Of a stretch of DNA of 64,000 nucleotides, positions 48,658 to 63,427 are shown in pieces. Under the pieces are notes generated by a model. That model was not told the origin of the DNA and searched no databases. It was given only the letters and a program-made list of their open reading frames with translations. The stretch comes from Amphiscolops sp. MND2022. Lineage: Eukaryota. Position numbers and translations under genes: made by a program. Positions within the stretch are counted from its first letter, which is position 1; each line of letters starts with the position of its first letter. The stretch is from the NCBI GenBank assembly GCA_964187785.1, contig OZ076413.1:48052001-48116000 (forward strand), in the 5' to 3' direction.

Positions 48658-51383
48658 AAAATTCAAAGTGGTTTTTGTAGCTATGGTCAAGCCGGTAACG
48701 GCCCAAGTCGCCGCCCCGCGATGGGTTCAGAAAGAGCAAATTGTTTTAAAAAAGCACAGTAACACTATTGTGAAATTTTCTATTTAATTTACATTGCCTA
48801 AAAATATCCGAAGGGATAGCCATAAGGTTCGAAAACCGCTTCTCCCTAACTAGAATCATGGAATACACATTTTTTGCGGAATTATTTTTCGAATTAAAGC
48901 CGAAAACATTTCAAGGTTAAGGGGTACTATTTGACTCAATGAATTTCCGAAAAAAGTAGCACAGTACCGAAAAAACCTCAAAAAAGAGGGTCTCCCTTTG
49001 GTACGGTTGGCCTCCCTTCTACTTTTGCAAGCATAAAAAATTGGCCTAGCGCAGGATTCAAAAACCTGAAAAAACCTTGTACGTCGGTTTTCATTTCTCA
49101 GGAATAAGATCTGAAGCCATTGGAATAAGGACTAAAACCTCTGAAAAATCTAAAATTCAACAGAACGATGATATTTTCTCTAATATAATGAAACCTCTGG
49201 AAAATCTAAAATTCATCAGAACGACGATATTTTCTCTAACATAAGGAAAACCCCTGAAAACATTGTACTTCGGCTTTCATTTCACAGGAATAAGTTCTAA
49301 AGCCACTGGAATAAGGAATAAAATCACAGGAATAAGATCTAACACCACTGAATTGAGAACCGAATCCATCGAATGTCGTTTTGGGGAATTTTATATCTTA
49401 TTCCATGTATATTGCTAGGAATATACATGGAATAAGATCTAAAGTTCCCCGAGATGACATTCTCTCCAATTTCATACAGAAAACCCCTGAATGGACCAAA
49501 AACAGTGTACGTCGATCTCATTTCAGTGGATTAGGATCTAAAACCAGTGATCTTTGGAATAAGGACTCAGATCTCTGGAATGAGATCTAAAAGACCCCCA
49601 AAATGTGTTATTTTAGCCAATTTCACCCCGAAAACCCCTAAAAATTTCCAAAAAACCTTGTAGATCGGTTCTCATTTCACCGTTGTAAGATATAAAACCA
49701 CTGGCATAAGGTTTGAATTCACAGAGAGTTTGAATCTTTACAGGAAATCAAGGTCCAGGCTGAGAAATTGCGTAAAGACCCGGCAAAAGAATTATTATAT
49801 GAATGTAGCTATTTTCAGCACCCTTGATCGAATTTTTGAAATCTTAGATTCGATCTTGGAATGATGATACACCACGGTAAGATTTTAGTAAGAATCTTGC
49901 CATGAGATCCATGGCTGCCAAGATGTACTAAGAATTTGGCAAGATCTTGCCAAGATGCTAATAAGAGGGTCAACCCGGGAACTAATCATGTTAGTTCGGG
50001 GGGTCCTAAAAGTCATAGTGTTTGCTTTTTTCTCAGAACGTCAACAAAATTTATATATGAAAATTGAAATTTTGAAAAGTAAGAAAAACATTTTAATGGC
50101 ATCTGCGTCTTTTTGTAAATAAAACATCAGCTGAGTAACCTTGTGGAATGCTAATTCATAGGGGTAAATTTTTTTGCATGGCTTTATTGGACCACTTACA
50201 TAACGAAATTTACAAACAAACTTGTCGCATCAAATTTAATGTCATCGAATGAAATTTGCATGTAATCGGAATAATTCATATTCAGAGGTCAATAGATTCA
50301 CATTTTGCTTTGTTTGAGATCGTATCAACTCGATGACAATTAGTCACTTTTGAACCTTGAACGAAGTGAATGAAAACATAACCCAATGGTTGGACTTTGA
50401 TGATTGGTAAATTCAAAAGCATCGATGGATTTTTGTTATCTCTTGCATCCTCAGTGTTGGTCTCGGCAAAATTTGTTCTAACTGTTTCTGAAATTCCCAT
50501 GACTTTTAGCAGATTGGGTGTCGAGATGCATAGGCAGACATTTTGGGCAAAGAGAATAATATTGAACCCTTCGAAAACTTTATAAGAGCCGTACGTCATG
50601 CACTTTGTGTTTGACCTTAATGGTGCAAGGTATAATTTTCAGATGATGTAAATGATAATGGAAGTAGTTCTTTGATTTGATTGGCTACGTGTGGACCTAT
50701 TCACGTAATTGTGTTCCACCCATGTTTCCCGAAGTGTCCTCTGAGCGTGATTCGATGTCCGTTGTTTTACAAGTTAGTCATTATACAACCTTAGTTTGCA
50801 AGATCTGATAGGTTTCCTTTTATTTCGAGAAAAGCTCAACTCAAAATAGTTAGATGTTGATTGTTGTTCTTCAGCAACTTCTGTCCGAAGAGAGATCTTC
50901 AGTGTCTGACTGTGAAAAGTTCAACGACCTTTTAAAGCGAAGCAGGAATACCGCCCCGAATGCAGCCAAATGCGCTGGTTAGTCCTCCATGTTTTTAAAA
51001 CTTCTAAATTCATTCCATCGGCTTTTAATGAAAGTGTTACTGAAATTTGAGTAACAGCCACTAAAAGGCGAAGAACACAAGTCTCTGGAATGGGATGATA
51101 TTTGTTGGAACGATTTTCGTTTTGAATCATATTATGAATCCTGATCCCCATTAGTTTCCCAATCTTCTATAACGTCCTTCGGATTTAACGACGACTTAGA
51201 CGGGTTTAAATGAGTCTGATATACCCGTATTGCACTGTATTTAACAAGTGTTTTGTCGACATTCATTCTTATCGATAGTTTTTGTACGAATAAAAGCGGC
51301 ATTTTGGAGTTGTGAAATACGACTTTTTTCAAACAAATGCAGTGTTTATAGATTCAAAAGTTTACCTTTTGTTCGTCGTTCAG

Positions 51384-52226
51384 GTGTCTTTGAGAGGCAA
51401 AGTGAAGCTGAAAACAAGCTGAGTGATGTAATCAAGAGAGTGGACTGCTTATTGGATGTTAGCGTGGCTGACATTCTGGAACACAGGACAAATGGTGTTG
51501 CCACCGGACCACAGGCTTCTGCTACTTTCACAAGCATCCTTGCCGATTGGCGATGGAAGGATAAATTCAGTTAGATTTCCCATTCGTTCCTGGCTTGTTT
51601 TTGTTTCTGCTTTAATGATTCAACAATAGCCAATGATTTTCTTTTTTAGATGAAGAAGACATCAGCAATTGTCTAGATGTGGTTTTTTCTGAACAGAAAT
51701 CAATACTTTCGAAAGCTCACAACACAAAATTCATCAATGCTTTGAATCATCTCGCCCAGTCCATCCAAAACTACTACAAAGTCTATCTGGAGAAAGAACT
51801 AACATGCTCTCCGTCCGAACCTCGAACACAACAGCCTTCATCCATTCAAAGAGCTGTAAAGCCAAACATCAGTTCCCAAACACGACACGAGACTGAATCA
51901 TCATCCCTTCTGTCATTGTTAGATGGGGAAACTAATAAAAACTTTTTCGGAAAAGCTCTGGGAAAGGCGGCTCTGAGCTTCGCCTTCAATTTTCTCAAAA
52001 AGTGTTGGCGGTCAGCCAGTGTGGAGGATAGACTGATGTGCTCGGAAATGTTGTCAGAGACCTTGGAAATCTTCCAGAACTTACCAGTTGCATCACTGTT
52101 CCAAAGCGAGCAGCTAAATTATGCTGCTGATTCACGGAACGCGAGTGGCGTAGAAAGTTCTGAAGAAACAGCCCTTCTTGAAATTGCCGACAAATGTGCA
52201 TCTTTTTTGGATAGTGCCTTATCTGG
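51384..52226 (+). pseudogene. HERC2: HERC2 N-terminal fragment (exons 51384-51569 and 51650-52226); downstream exons missing
   Basis: GKAALSFAFNFLKKCWRS...CSEMLSETLEIFQNLPVASLF matches the recalled HERC2 SRAALSFAFAFLRRAWRS...CSELLQESL. A phase-1 intron (51570-51649) joins in frame, and a donor GTGAGT follows at 52227. Confidence 0.75.
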
Positions 52227-53128
52227 GTGAGTTCGGAAGTTCGGAAAAACCATTTTCATTGGTCACAAAGTAGTCTATGTAAAGATGTATTTCAGTTTTC
52301 AGCGAACTTTTGTGAGTTTCAACGTAGTATTAGATATCGCACAGTTTTTGGAAAAAATTGCATCAAAATGCATAAAATTCAATTTAATTTATTTTTGTAC
52401 ACTGCCATCTTTCATGATAACTTTCATCATAAAATTATGGAATTCAATGTTCTTTTACCCGGGATGTCTGTTACAGCAGTGTTAAGGAATAAAACTAGAT
52501 TTGAATTGAATGATTGTTCATTTTACATATCACATTCTTAATATAGAAGTTTACATAACAAACATAAACGACATCTACTTGATATAGTTCATGGACATTC
52601 CGAAATGATAAGTATGTCGAATTTCTTTTTAATAAAACTATTCTACATTGCGAAGTAATGGAATGAATATTAATTATGCCATATAAAATACTGCATGTGC
52701 AACCAAAAATGGTGGAAGCAGTCGAACCACTTTATTTTATTTACAAGCTTTTAATTTGTTGTCAAAAAATTTATTTCGTTGATCAATTAATGGCTGGACT
52801 GCGAAATGAAAAATCTCGATAATATTGTCACAAATTTCACTGGCTGAAAATTTTCTCTCTTAATACAGTACTGTGATTATTGAATCATACCACGGGACAA
52901 TTTTAGGCTCGATTTCCTCGAAGCCGGTTGAAAATTTCGGAAAACATCTGAAATAAATGTTTTAGCATATTCAAGGTTGTTTTATGCAACAACATTGCTC
53001 GACTACTTTCCTCGTCACCGTAGTCACGTGACTAGTGGTTGTTGTCTCTTTTGTGACGTCATTCATCATAACGAGGGCGATTGTGGTGGTTTTATTACGT
53101 AATGATTGGAAAAGAGGACCAGGTCAGG

Positions 53129-56100
53129 TTAGACTGTGGATATGACTTCGACATTGTGCGCATCCGGTTTGGAGGGCGATCCGTTGGGTGCTGATGCTAT
53201 TTCTACAGCTGCAGGTGCAGAGCTACTACCATCAGCTGCCATCCTGTTACGTCTAACTGGCGTCGCGGTAAACATTATTCTCATTTTCTACAAAAAAAAA
53301 AACAAAAGACCATGTATTATCCCTGCTTCAGTAAACAACATATTGACAATCTAGAATGTTATTGAGAAAATGTGAAAAACTTACCATTTCTATACAAGTG
53401 TTAAAAAATTATTCAAAAGGTATCCATCATGCTAGTAGGACCTAAAAACAAGTAGGCAGTTGTACAAATCGAATTGTGGAGATGAGCCATGGTGACCGTG
53501 GTTATAACTTTTTACCCGTACTGGAAACCCACCGCAACCCACCGGTGGCCACCGGTGAAACTTTTTTTTTGAAAAATTCGAATAACTCGAATTTCAGTGT
53601 GTCACATTTTGACGGTCATTCTTTTTTGGGTTTTATGCATGTTTTTACTGTTATATTGTTACTTATTGATTTCTGAGGGTTACCTTGATGGCCCGGGTAG
53701 CATTAAGGACGCTTTTCGGCACCGCGTATCCTGCAGCCGCAAGACAGGTAGGATTTTCACAATCTTGGGTGTATTTTTGTTACTTTTTTCACTTAAAAAC
53801 TAGATTTTGTAGTCAAATTATTTTCATAATTTTTTGATTTTGATGTATTCAAATATAGATCTCAATTGTATTCAAGAGTAGATTTGAATCCCATGGTTTT
53901 CGCAAAATTTGCGCTCATTTTAGGCTTTTTTGTTGCCATTTTTAGGTGAAATTTCGTCAATTTCTCCACCCAAAAACTAGATTTTATAGTCAAATTTTTT
54001 TTCATAATTTATTGAGTTTGATGTATCCAAATATAGATCTCAATTGTATTCAAGAGTAGATTTGAATCCCATGGTTTCCGTGAAATTTGCGCCTTTTTTA
54101 ATTTTTGCTCTATAATTCTGTTGAACTTCTGCCGATTTTTGCTGGACCTGCATCATCCTTGTACCATCGGTAGAACAATCGGTGACCACCGGTGGAATCT
54201 CCGGTGGGCCACCGGTGGGACTATGAGTACCTCCACCTGTGGTCCACCGGTGGCCACCGCAAAATCTGCGGATGCCACCGCAGTGGTCCACCGGTGGGGC
54301 TTCGGTGGAACATCGGTGACCACCGGTGGACTGCGGTTGATTTCCAACCCGGGTATAAAACTAGTAGCCATTTTAACCAAATATCTTAAATTTAGTCTCC
54401 AGGGATGATCTGACAGAATCTTGCAAGCCCACTTGCAACATTTTGTTAATAATTCAGTATTCTGGCTGAATTTTTAGGACATTCAGAGAAAATGTCTGGT
54501 CTTGGAGGAATCTTGCAAGAAAAATTCATACAACGAATTACTAATTTACAAAAAAAGGCAAAATGATTATCAAATTTACGATCCTTGCAAAGCTCCTGCA
54601 GAAAATATCAGATATTCAGAATGCTTTAGAGATTTTTGCAGTAAACTTGTTTCGGTTGAACTAGGAATCTTTTTTCTAGCTGTCATTTTCCAAGACACAA
54701 TTTTTATTCTCGGATTTGAAACAATGGATTGACCGGGAAAACGTAATTTAAGTGTAATTTGTGAGCTGATAAATCCCAAACGATTCAATGAATTCAATTC
54801 TTGACAATATATACTGCGTTTGTTCAATGAGAAGTTTAATGAAAAGTGAATAAAATGAAAATTAGGGGAGCTAGGGACGGTAAATTCCTTGAATATTCAA
54901 GACACCTGCTTATTTTTCGTGGAATTTTTTTCTACTATTTAGTATGATTGTTCATTATTTCCCCTCTAATTTTGATAATAAGTGCTTGATCTCTTAATTT
55001 CATAGTTACGGGCATTGAATTTATTGCACTAGGTTATGTGCAATAGACCTGAATTGTCATAAGTACTTATTGATGAAAAACAAAAAATCCTAATTGCAAC
55101 TAAGTCTTGAAAATAAGGTTTTCCGGAACTGTAAGGAAATACGTGTTTTCCGGAAATAAGGTTTTCCGGAAATGTAAAACATGGGGCAAAAATTTGAATA
55201 TGTGTTGGTGGAATAGAATTGCCCTTTTTGGGGTGGGGGGGGGGGTTGTTTGTGATAGAGACGCACTTGAGATAAGGAGTCAGCAGGTGTGGTGATGAAG
55301 GAGTAAAGGGCGTATCCAGGGATCCACAACAGAGAGGAGCTGAAGATGGTGTATGCGAGCAGGTCTGACCACCAGGGGTACACGGGTGACCCAGAGGAGA
55401 TGAATGACAGGTCGTGAATCGAGAAAAGGGTTATCGTCTGAAAAAAACTCAAACTAGCTACATCTCAAAATCTGATGATCATTCAGCACAGCTTCTCCGG
55501 AAACACATTCAGAATCTTTGACCACGCTTATTTCTAACCTTCATCGTTTCTATATGTCCTGAAACTATACACATTTAATAACTATACACACTATAATTTT
55601 CATTGCTACATTTTTTCTGCCGCTCAAATTGTGACAATGAAATGAGAAAATTGTGATGATGAATTCGCAAATTTTTATTCAAAAAAGTTTTTTTCAAGGT
55701 AAATACAAACCACCAGAAAGACTGGACCCAAGAAGGCCCAGCAGAACACCCAGTAGGGTCCAGGGGTGTGTCCAATCATCTCCTTGATATCATCCCTCAG
55801 GCGACGAAACCCTGGAAGAAATAACCAAATACAGAAACTGCAATAAAAGACAACTCCTCAGAACATCAAGGTAAAGTTTAATTAGAGTAAATACATACAA
55901 TTTTAAGCTAGTATATCGAGTAGCCAACTTAAGTAAAAACTGAAGAAACTCATGTTTATGGATTTTTTCACAAAATCAAATCAATGATTTTAAATTTCCA
56001 AAGCTGTTGCACCACAATCAAATGTTACATAAGATCCGAGGTTATGTAACGTTTGATTATGGAGCAACTTTAGTAATAGGTCAATGAAGGTCAACAAACC

Positions 56101-56798
56101 GTAAGCGTAGCAGACAGTCAACGTCTCAAGCAGAACCACTATGATCATGGGGTTGGCAGTGCCGAACTCCGCATAGATACGCTCCAAAAAGGCCCCTCCC
56201 TGTAAAACCAACCAAAAAATGTTATCAGCCCAACATGAAGACAAAGGTTTAATTTGTTGCGACTGGGCTTACTCTAGTTGTCGTCGGTAGGGCTCCGAAG
56301 AAGCAGCAGAGAATTAGGAACAAAACGAACTTCTCCCTGTTTTTGCCCAGTTTTCCAGGAAACTGATCACTCAGTGCAGTTATGATGGATTCCAAGCCAC
56401 CAAACTGAAATTACAGATCTGGCTGCTGGCTATGATAATCAATTTACGCTCCTATTTGATATTCTAAGTTATGAACCAAGTTGCAACGTTCTCAAAAGTT
56501 TTATGTAAAAGTTTGTGGAAAAAGTTATAACTTCATAAGTTTTTGTAAATAGATGCAAGTGTAAAAACCATGAACGACAAAACATTTGAATTATGCTGTC
56601 AAATAACAATATTTTTAATTCGACATGTTTTTTACACTAATTTTTGTTTGATTCATTGGTTGGTGTTTTGTGTGAGTTTACTCACAGTGCTGTCAAGTCC
56701 GAGAGTGATGAGCATGAAGAAGAAGACGATGGCCCAGAGGGTGGACCACGGCATGTTGGCTATTGCCTCCGGGTACACTTCGAACACCAGACCGGACC
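53129..56798 (-). CDS. SLC6 sodium:neurotransmitter symporter, last six coding exons (56798-56686, 56404-56273, 56199-56100, 55811-55711, 55437-55267, 53287-53129)
   Basis: The spliced translation [54 protein letters not shown]...|GGAFL...[41 protein letters not shown]...|YPWWS...IPGYALY...|[10 protein letters not shown]...* carries hallmark SLC6 TM8-TM12 motifs. All junctions are GT-AG and in frame. Upstream exons were not found in the window. Confidence 0.92.
53515..54353. mobile_element. MITE / non-autonomous TIR element in the last SLC6 intron, with CCACCGGTGG palindrome arrays
   Basis: ~33-bp imperfect TIRs CCCGTACTGGAAACCCACCGCAACCCACCGGTG / CACCGGTGGACTGCGGTTGATTTCCAACCCGGG, TA on both flanks, and an internal ~120-bp direct duplication. 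Confidence 0.8.
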
Positions 56799-58585
56799 CT
56801 GGAACAACTCTCTTCACTCAAGCCAAAATGAAATAAACATAGGTGCTAAGTTAGTCTTTAAAAAACAGTTTTTAGTAAGCCGCCGTGAAGAAAGACCTAC
56901 ACCCCTGTTGTGATCTTCAAGCATTCTATCTGAATAGCAGCCTGATTATATTCTGGCATCAACAAGCTTTTCAGTGAAAAAACTTCTAAATACACTTCAA
57001 TGCGGCGATAAAGTTCGACTGCGAAATGCTTGCAGTATCATTTGAAGCAACTTTGCAAAGAACTTTTGTGTATCAACCTCAACCCTGAGTTAAAAGAATG
57101 GTTTTTCTGGGGATAATGAATGCCATTACATGATATACTTTCCTACGAAAGTCTCCTGCTCAGGAACATCAAATGAGGTGATTTTTTTGTAGAAGAGTTC
57201 ATTTAATTATAATAACGTACTCCAAATGACAAAACGAGTGCAAAGTGCCCGAAACTCAACTGCGATTAGCAAGCAGCAAACACCGCAACTTTGTTCTCCA
57301 AAACGCTTCCGGCGGCGTTTGAACCATCCCCGTTTTTCGGTGGAGGTTGCAGGAATCACAGAGGAACAGCCAACGCTGCACAGCCAATGCTGCACAGGCA
57401 GAGCACAAAGTACAGATCTCTTCGTGCGTGTCAGCAAAAATGTCTTTCATCACTGCGCACCTCGAAATGAGATCAGAGTTGACAAAAAATTTCTTCAAGA
57501 AGAGTTAGTAGAGAAATCTGCTCCCGTTAATGATATTCAAGAAAAGCTCCATTTCCATGCCAAACAAAAAACAAGGAACTTTGAATGCCACTGGAAACCA
57601 TTGAGGATCAATGCAAAACATGAAAGATCCTTTGAAGTTCAATAAAATTTTTGATGGACCTTTGAAGGTCCATGAAATCCTTTGAAGCAATCCATTTTTG
57701 AATTAATAGGGAACATTATTGTTCTTTTGCCATTGGTATCTATGCACGTAGGGAAAAACATGTTTTAGTAAATTTATCTTATTTTAAGTTTTTAAGTCTT
57801 CTCGGAACGAGTACTCAATAGGATGTGGTTGAGAGGTAAAAGAAAATATCAGTTAAAAGGCTTCCAAGCGACAGCTCTGTCTGGAACAATTATGTTGTCT
57901 CGTTCAGTTTGGTGCTCCGCATTGTCCACATTGATTGTCTTTGTATTTAGCCCTTTGGTACTCCGGTTGTTTTCTGTTTTTGCCGTAACCAAATTTTTCG
58001 AACCTTTTCCTATTTTGCACCCTTTCTTGCACATGTTTCACGTTTTCTCAGTCGTTTGGATTGTTTGAAACATTTGTCGATTGTACATGTGTTCGTAGAT
58101 GATATCTGCTTTTGTTTCAATTGCCACGTTGCTTTTTCTGATTTTTATCTTTAACTGGTAATCTCCGGTTGATCTTCCGATTAGAGTTATTAGTGTTAAG
58201 AACTTTGATGCAATTAGTTCTGCCGGTGCTACATTGTCGACTTTACAGTTCTTTTCTGTCTGTAATATACAGGTCCACGTGTCTTGAGCGGTTTCCTTCC
58301 AAAATGAAATGCTGTCAGAACAGTGATCATAGCTGATTGATTTCCATATTGTTTGGGCTAACTGTTTTTGTCATTTCCGTTTCTGCAGCTTCTCCGAAAG
58401 TCAGTTGAAAATGTCTTTTATTCTAGTATTATATCTATATCGATTGTAATCGTGTTCAGGTCAATATCGTGTGTCATCTTCACATATTGTTTGGACATTC
58501 TGCACCATAACTTCCATTAAGTGCATAGGCAAGCTTTTTCTGAGCGTTTTCCGGAAATCAGGACACGGAATCTCTGAAACCGACT

Positions 58586-58746
58586 CGGAAAGTAAGATTT
58601 CAACTTCAAAGGAAGCAATGGCAGTAGTCGACATCAAAGGGGAATGAGTTCATTGCACGCGGCTCGGAGAGGCGTGCACTGAATTCATTCCCCTTTGATG
58701 TCGACGACTGCGTTAGCTTCCTTTGAAGTTGAAATCTTACTTTCCG
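58586..58746. repeat. 161-bp foldback hairpin (MITE-like)
   Basis: ~75-bp arms, CGGAAAGTAAGATTTCAACTTCAAAGGAAGC...TGCACGC and its reverse complement, around an ~11-nt loop. Confidence 0.85.
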
Positions 58747-59949
58747 CAGTTTTGTGTCTTGGGAAGGTAACGGGGCCAATTAATTGCCACTTATGCCAGG
58801 CCTTAATAGGGCCAATTATGTAGGAAGCAAATAGTGCAATGTGTCTCAGATTCCTGAATTTTATTCAATAGAATGATTCGTACACCTACATTCCGCAACA
58901 TTCATTATACGTTTCCGCATTTTATCTCTTGAAATGAGATGAAAATTGCTAGAAAAGATAATGTTCGGCAACAAACTTCTGTTAAATGAAGCTTCACGAC
59001 TTGACCCACGATTGGAACCAAAATATATCGAATTCCACACTAATTATTACAATAAATTTTTCATTTGTTTTTCAATTTCGTTACAGTTGGTAGAAAAGTA
59101 AGCTTTTTTCTGAAAGGGTCTTTTCCAATAAATCCCCCCCCCCCCCCGAAGTAAGCGCGGAAATTTTAGTTCCCCACCACTATCAGCGATGAATTAAAGT
59201 TATAAAAAACTGCCATTTGATTGATTATTACTATTAATTCAATGATAATTTTTCTTAACCGCTTAACTGGGAGGGAAAGTTAGTGGGGGGATTAACAGAA
59301 AAGATCCATAAGCTTTTTTTACACGCTTTAAGACATGTCTGCGGAATCGGAGGGCCTACATGCACAGAAATGTGTCTGTAGCGATTTAGCTTGCTTGTGC
59401 ACTGTAATGTCGCCTGCTGTATGTTTTTTCGAACATGGGTTAGTAATGTTTTGGTGCGTTTCTGTTCTTCCTCCTTTCTTTTCTCCAGATTCCTCACTTG
59501 AAGTGCTTCTGCTCGCGTTTTCTGCCATATTTTTCAAAATGTTTGCTCCTTCAGTAGAGAAATGATCCTTCAGTATGTATCATGTTGAAGTTTGTAAAAA
59601 AAGTATAATAATGATTTCTGTTCTGTAATCTCGTACGGTCCCTAGTTTTTCAGAATCACAAATCTTGCAAAATTCGTCCTAAATTCTTACCAATTATGCA
59701 TTTCTTACAAGAATCTTACGAGTTTGTACGAAAATTGCAAATTTTGCAAGTTTGTTACAGCGTTGAACATTTCTTACAAGAGTCTGATAACATTTTTGCA
59801 AAATTTGTATCTATTTGTAAAAAATTCTTACAAAATTGCGATGTGTTATTTCGACCAAAAATTCGTTCAAGATTTTCTTTTTTGAATAACATCTGGATTA
59901 AAAGTCTGCATCTTTAACAGGGTTACGAAGTATTTGTTGGGTTACGAAG

Positions 59950-62110
59950 TTGTATTTTTGTGGAATAACGTCTAAAATCACTATTTTGGTAGAATAAGGT
60001 CTAAAATCATTGTATTTTTGTGGAATAAGATCTAAAAACACTGTATGTTACTGGAATAACGTTTAAAAGAACCGTATTCTGGTAAAATAACGTCTAAAAT
60101 CACTATTTTTCAGGAATAACGTCTAAAATCACTGTATTTTCGAAGAGTAAGATCTAAAATCATTGTATTTTTGTGTAATAACGTCTGAAATCACTGTATT
60201 TTGGTAGAATAAGATCCAAAAACACTGTATTTTACTGGAATAACGTTTAAAAGAACCGTATTCCGGTAAAATATTGTCTAAAATCAGTATTTCCAGGAAT
60301 AACGTCTAAAATCGCTTTTTCTGGGAATAACGTCTACCTTAATGACCCGGGTAGCATCAAGGACGCTTTTCGGCGCCGCGTTTCCCGAATCCGCTTGGAG
60401 GTAGAACTTTGGGTATAGATTTTGGGTTGGATTGTCATAAATTTTAGATGAAAATGGTCCAATTTTGGAATATTGTCTTAAATTTTAGATGAAAATGGTC
60501 CAAATTTGGAGTATTGTGATTTTTAGGTGGAAATGATTAGAAGAACCGTATTCCGGTGAAAAAAAAACGTCTAAAATCACTATTTTTCAGGAATAACGTC
60601 TAAAATTACTGTATTTTGGTAAAATAAGATCTAAAATCATTGTATTTTTGTGGAATAACGTCTAAAATCACTATTTTGGTAGAATAAGATCTAAAATCAT
60701 TGTATTTTTGTGGAATAACGTCTAAAATCACTGTATTTTGGTAGAATAAGATCTGAAAACACTGTATGTTACTGGAATAACGTTTAAAAGAACCGTATTC
60801 TGGTAAAATAACGTCTAAAATCACTTTTTCTGGGAATAACGTCTAAAATCACCAATTTTGTGGAATAACGTCTAAAATCACTGTGTTTCGGTAGAATAAG
60901 ATCTAAAAACACTATATTTTACTGGAATAACGTTTAAAAGAACCGTATTCCGGTAAAATATTGTCTAAAATCAGTATTTCCAGGAATAACGTCTAAAATC
61001 GCTTTTTCTGGGAATAACGTCTAAAATCACCAATTTTGTGGAATAACGTCTAAAATCACTGTATTTTGGTAGAATAAGATCTGAACACACTGCATTTTAA
61101 TGGAATAACGTTTAAAAGAACCGTATTTTGGTAAAAAAACGTCTAAAATCACTATTTTTCAGGAATAGCGTCTAAAATCACTGTATTTTGGTAGAGTAAG
61201 ATCTAAAATCATTGTATTTTTGTGTAATAACGTCTAAAAATCACTGTATTTTGGTAGAATAAGATCTAAAAACACTGTATTTTACTGGCATAACAACTAA
61301 AAGAACCGTATTCCGTTAAAATAACGTCTAAAATCACTATTTTCAGGAATAACGTCTAAAATCACTTTTTCTGGGAATAACGTCTAAAATCACCAATTTT
61401 GTGGAATAACGTCTAAAATCACTGTGTTTCGGTAGAATAAGATCTGAAAACACTGTATTTTAATGGAATAACGTTTGAAAGAACCGTATTTCGGTTAAAA
61501 AAAAACGTCTAAAATCACTATTTTTCAGGAATAACGTCTAAAATCACTATTTTGGTAGAATAAGATCCAAAATCATTGTATTTTTGTGGAATAACGTCTA
61601 AAAATCACTGTATTTTGGTAGAATAAGATCTAAAAACACTGTATTTTACTGGCATAACGTTTAAAAGAACCGTATTCCGGTAAAATAACGTCTAAAATCA
61701 CTATTTTCAGGAATAACGTCTAAAATCATTTTTTCTGGGAATAACGTCTAAAATCGCCAATTTTGTGGAATAATGTCTAAAATCACTGTATTTCGGTAGA
61801 ATAAGATCTAAAAACACTGTATTTTACTGGACTAACGTTTGAAGGAACCGTATTCCGGTAAAAAAACGTTTAAAATCATTTTTTTCAGGAATAACGTGTA
61901 AAATCACTTTTTTCTGGGAATAACGTCCTGATTCGCCTTTTTGGGAAGTAACGTCTCAAATCACCAATTTTGTGGAATAACGTCTAAAATCTGTGTAATT
62001 TGGTAGAATAAAATCTAAAACCATTGTATTTTTGTGGAATAACGTCTAAAATCACTATTTTGGTAGAATAAGATCTAAAAACACCGTATTTTACTGGACT
62101 AACGTCTGAA
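59950..62110. repeat. ~30-bp minisatellite (GGAATAACGTCTAAAATCACT... / AGAATAAGATCTAAAA...) with higher-order cycling, interrupted at ~60335-60540
   Basis: Tandem variant units visible directly. Related degenerate units occur at ~49100-49600. Confidence 0.9.
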
Positions 62111-62404
62111 ATCATCGTTTTTTGATGGCACTTGATTGATGACGAAGACCCATGGTATTTGATAAAGGAAAGTAGTCATTCGGAAGTGCATAGCATCTCT
62201 TAAGCGCATCTAAGGGAGGAAAGGGAGGAGCTTTAAAAAATTTCTACCGGTCGACTGCATAGTGGCTGGTTTGAGTAGTTTGTTGGTTGTTTTTCATTGT
62301 TGCTGGTCTACTGTGATAGTGGCTGGTATGGGGTTCCCTACTTTCGTTGCAGACCACGGGTGGGTGTCTTCTCCCCCCAACATGATGATACACATGGCAC
62401 TTGA

Positions 62405-62806
<402 letters not shown>

Positions 62807-63427
62807 ATTTTTATCATTGATTATTTGTGTTTTGTTGGTGTTTGAAATACTTCTTCTATTGGTAATTTTTTCTAATACGAAAAGTGCACGCTTCGTCTTT
62901 GTTATATGTTTATTTATGATTACCCAAACGCGGTTTCTTCGATTACTATTTTTTATTGACTGCTCAAAAGTTCAGTTCTGAACGTTTACCTCGAGGTTTA
63001 TTTTGTTTCGTGTTGTCAAGATAGAGCCACGATAGAATGTTGAAGCCATACGCGAGGAGAGGTCATCAAAATAAATGATAACCAGACCTTTGCAATTTAA
63101 TGAGTTACTCAATGAATGGAGATATTCGATACAGTGGGCTTCTGCTTGTCCGAAATATTGTTTTTTTCTCAGGTGATCAAAAAGAGTTGAAAGATTTATG
63201 CTAGTGTTTACTGAAACTGTAACAGTATCACAGCCCGAGATCGTATAGATTACCGAAGTTTTTGATAACAGTTTCCATAAAAGTTCATAACATGTTTTTT
63301 AAGGTCTTCAGTCAGTCTGAACTATTCTGGTTCGTTTTGCAAAAATTTGTAAAGTTCAATAAAATACTAGACAGTAAATTAATAATTTTCGCTAGGGTGT
63401 TGTAACTTCAGGTTTCTGCCACGAACA

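Noticed and set aside
50282..50599. 105-aa minus-strand ORF head-to-head with the HERC2 fragment
   Set aside because: No recognisable homology or splice support.
57850..58500. Possible decayed gag-like coding remnant on the minus strand (…TGDYQLKIKIRKS…)
   Set aside because: Too degraded to assign; no LTR or pol found nearby.
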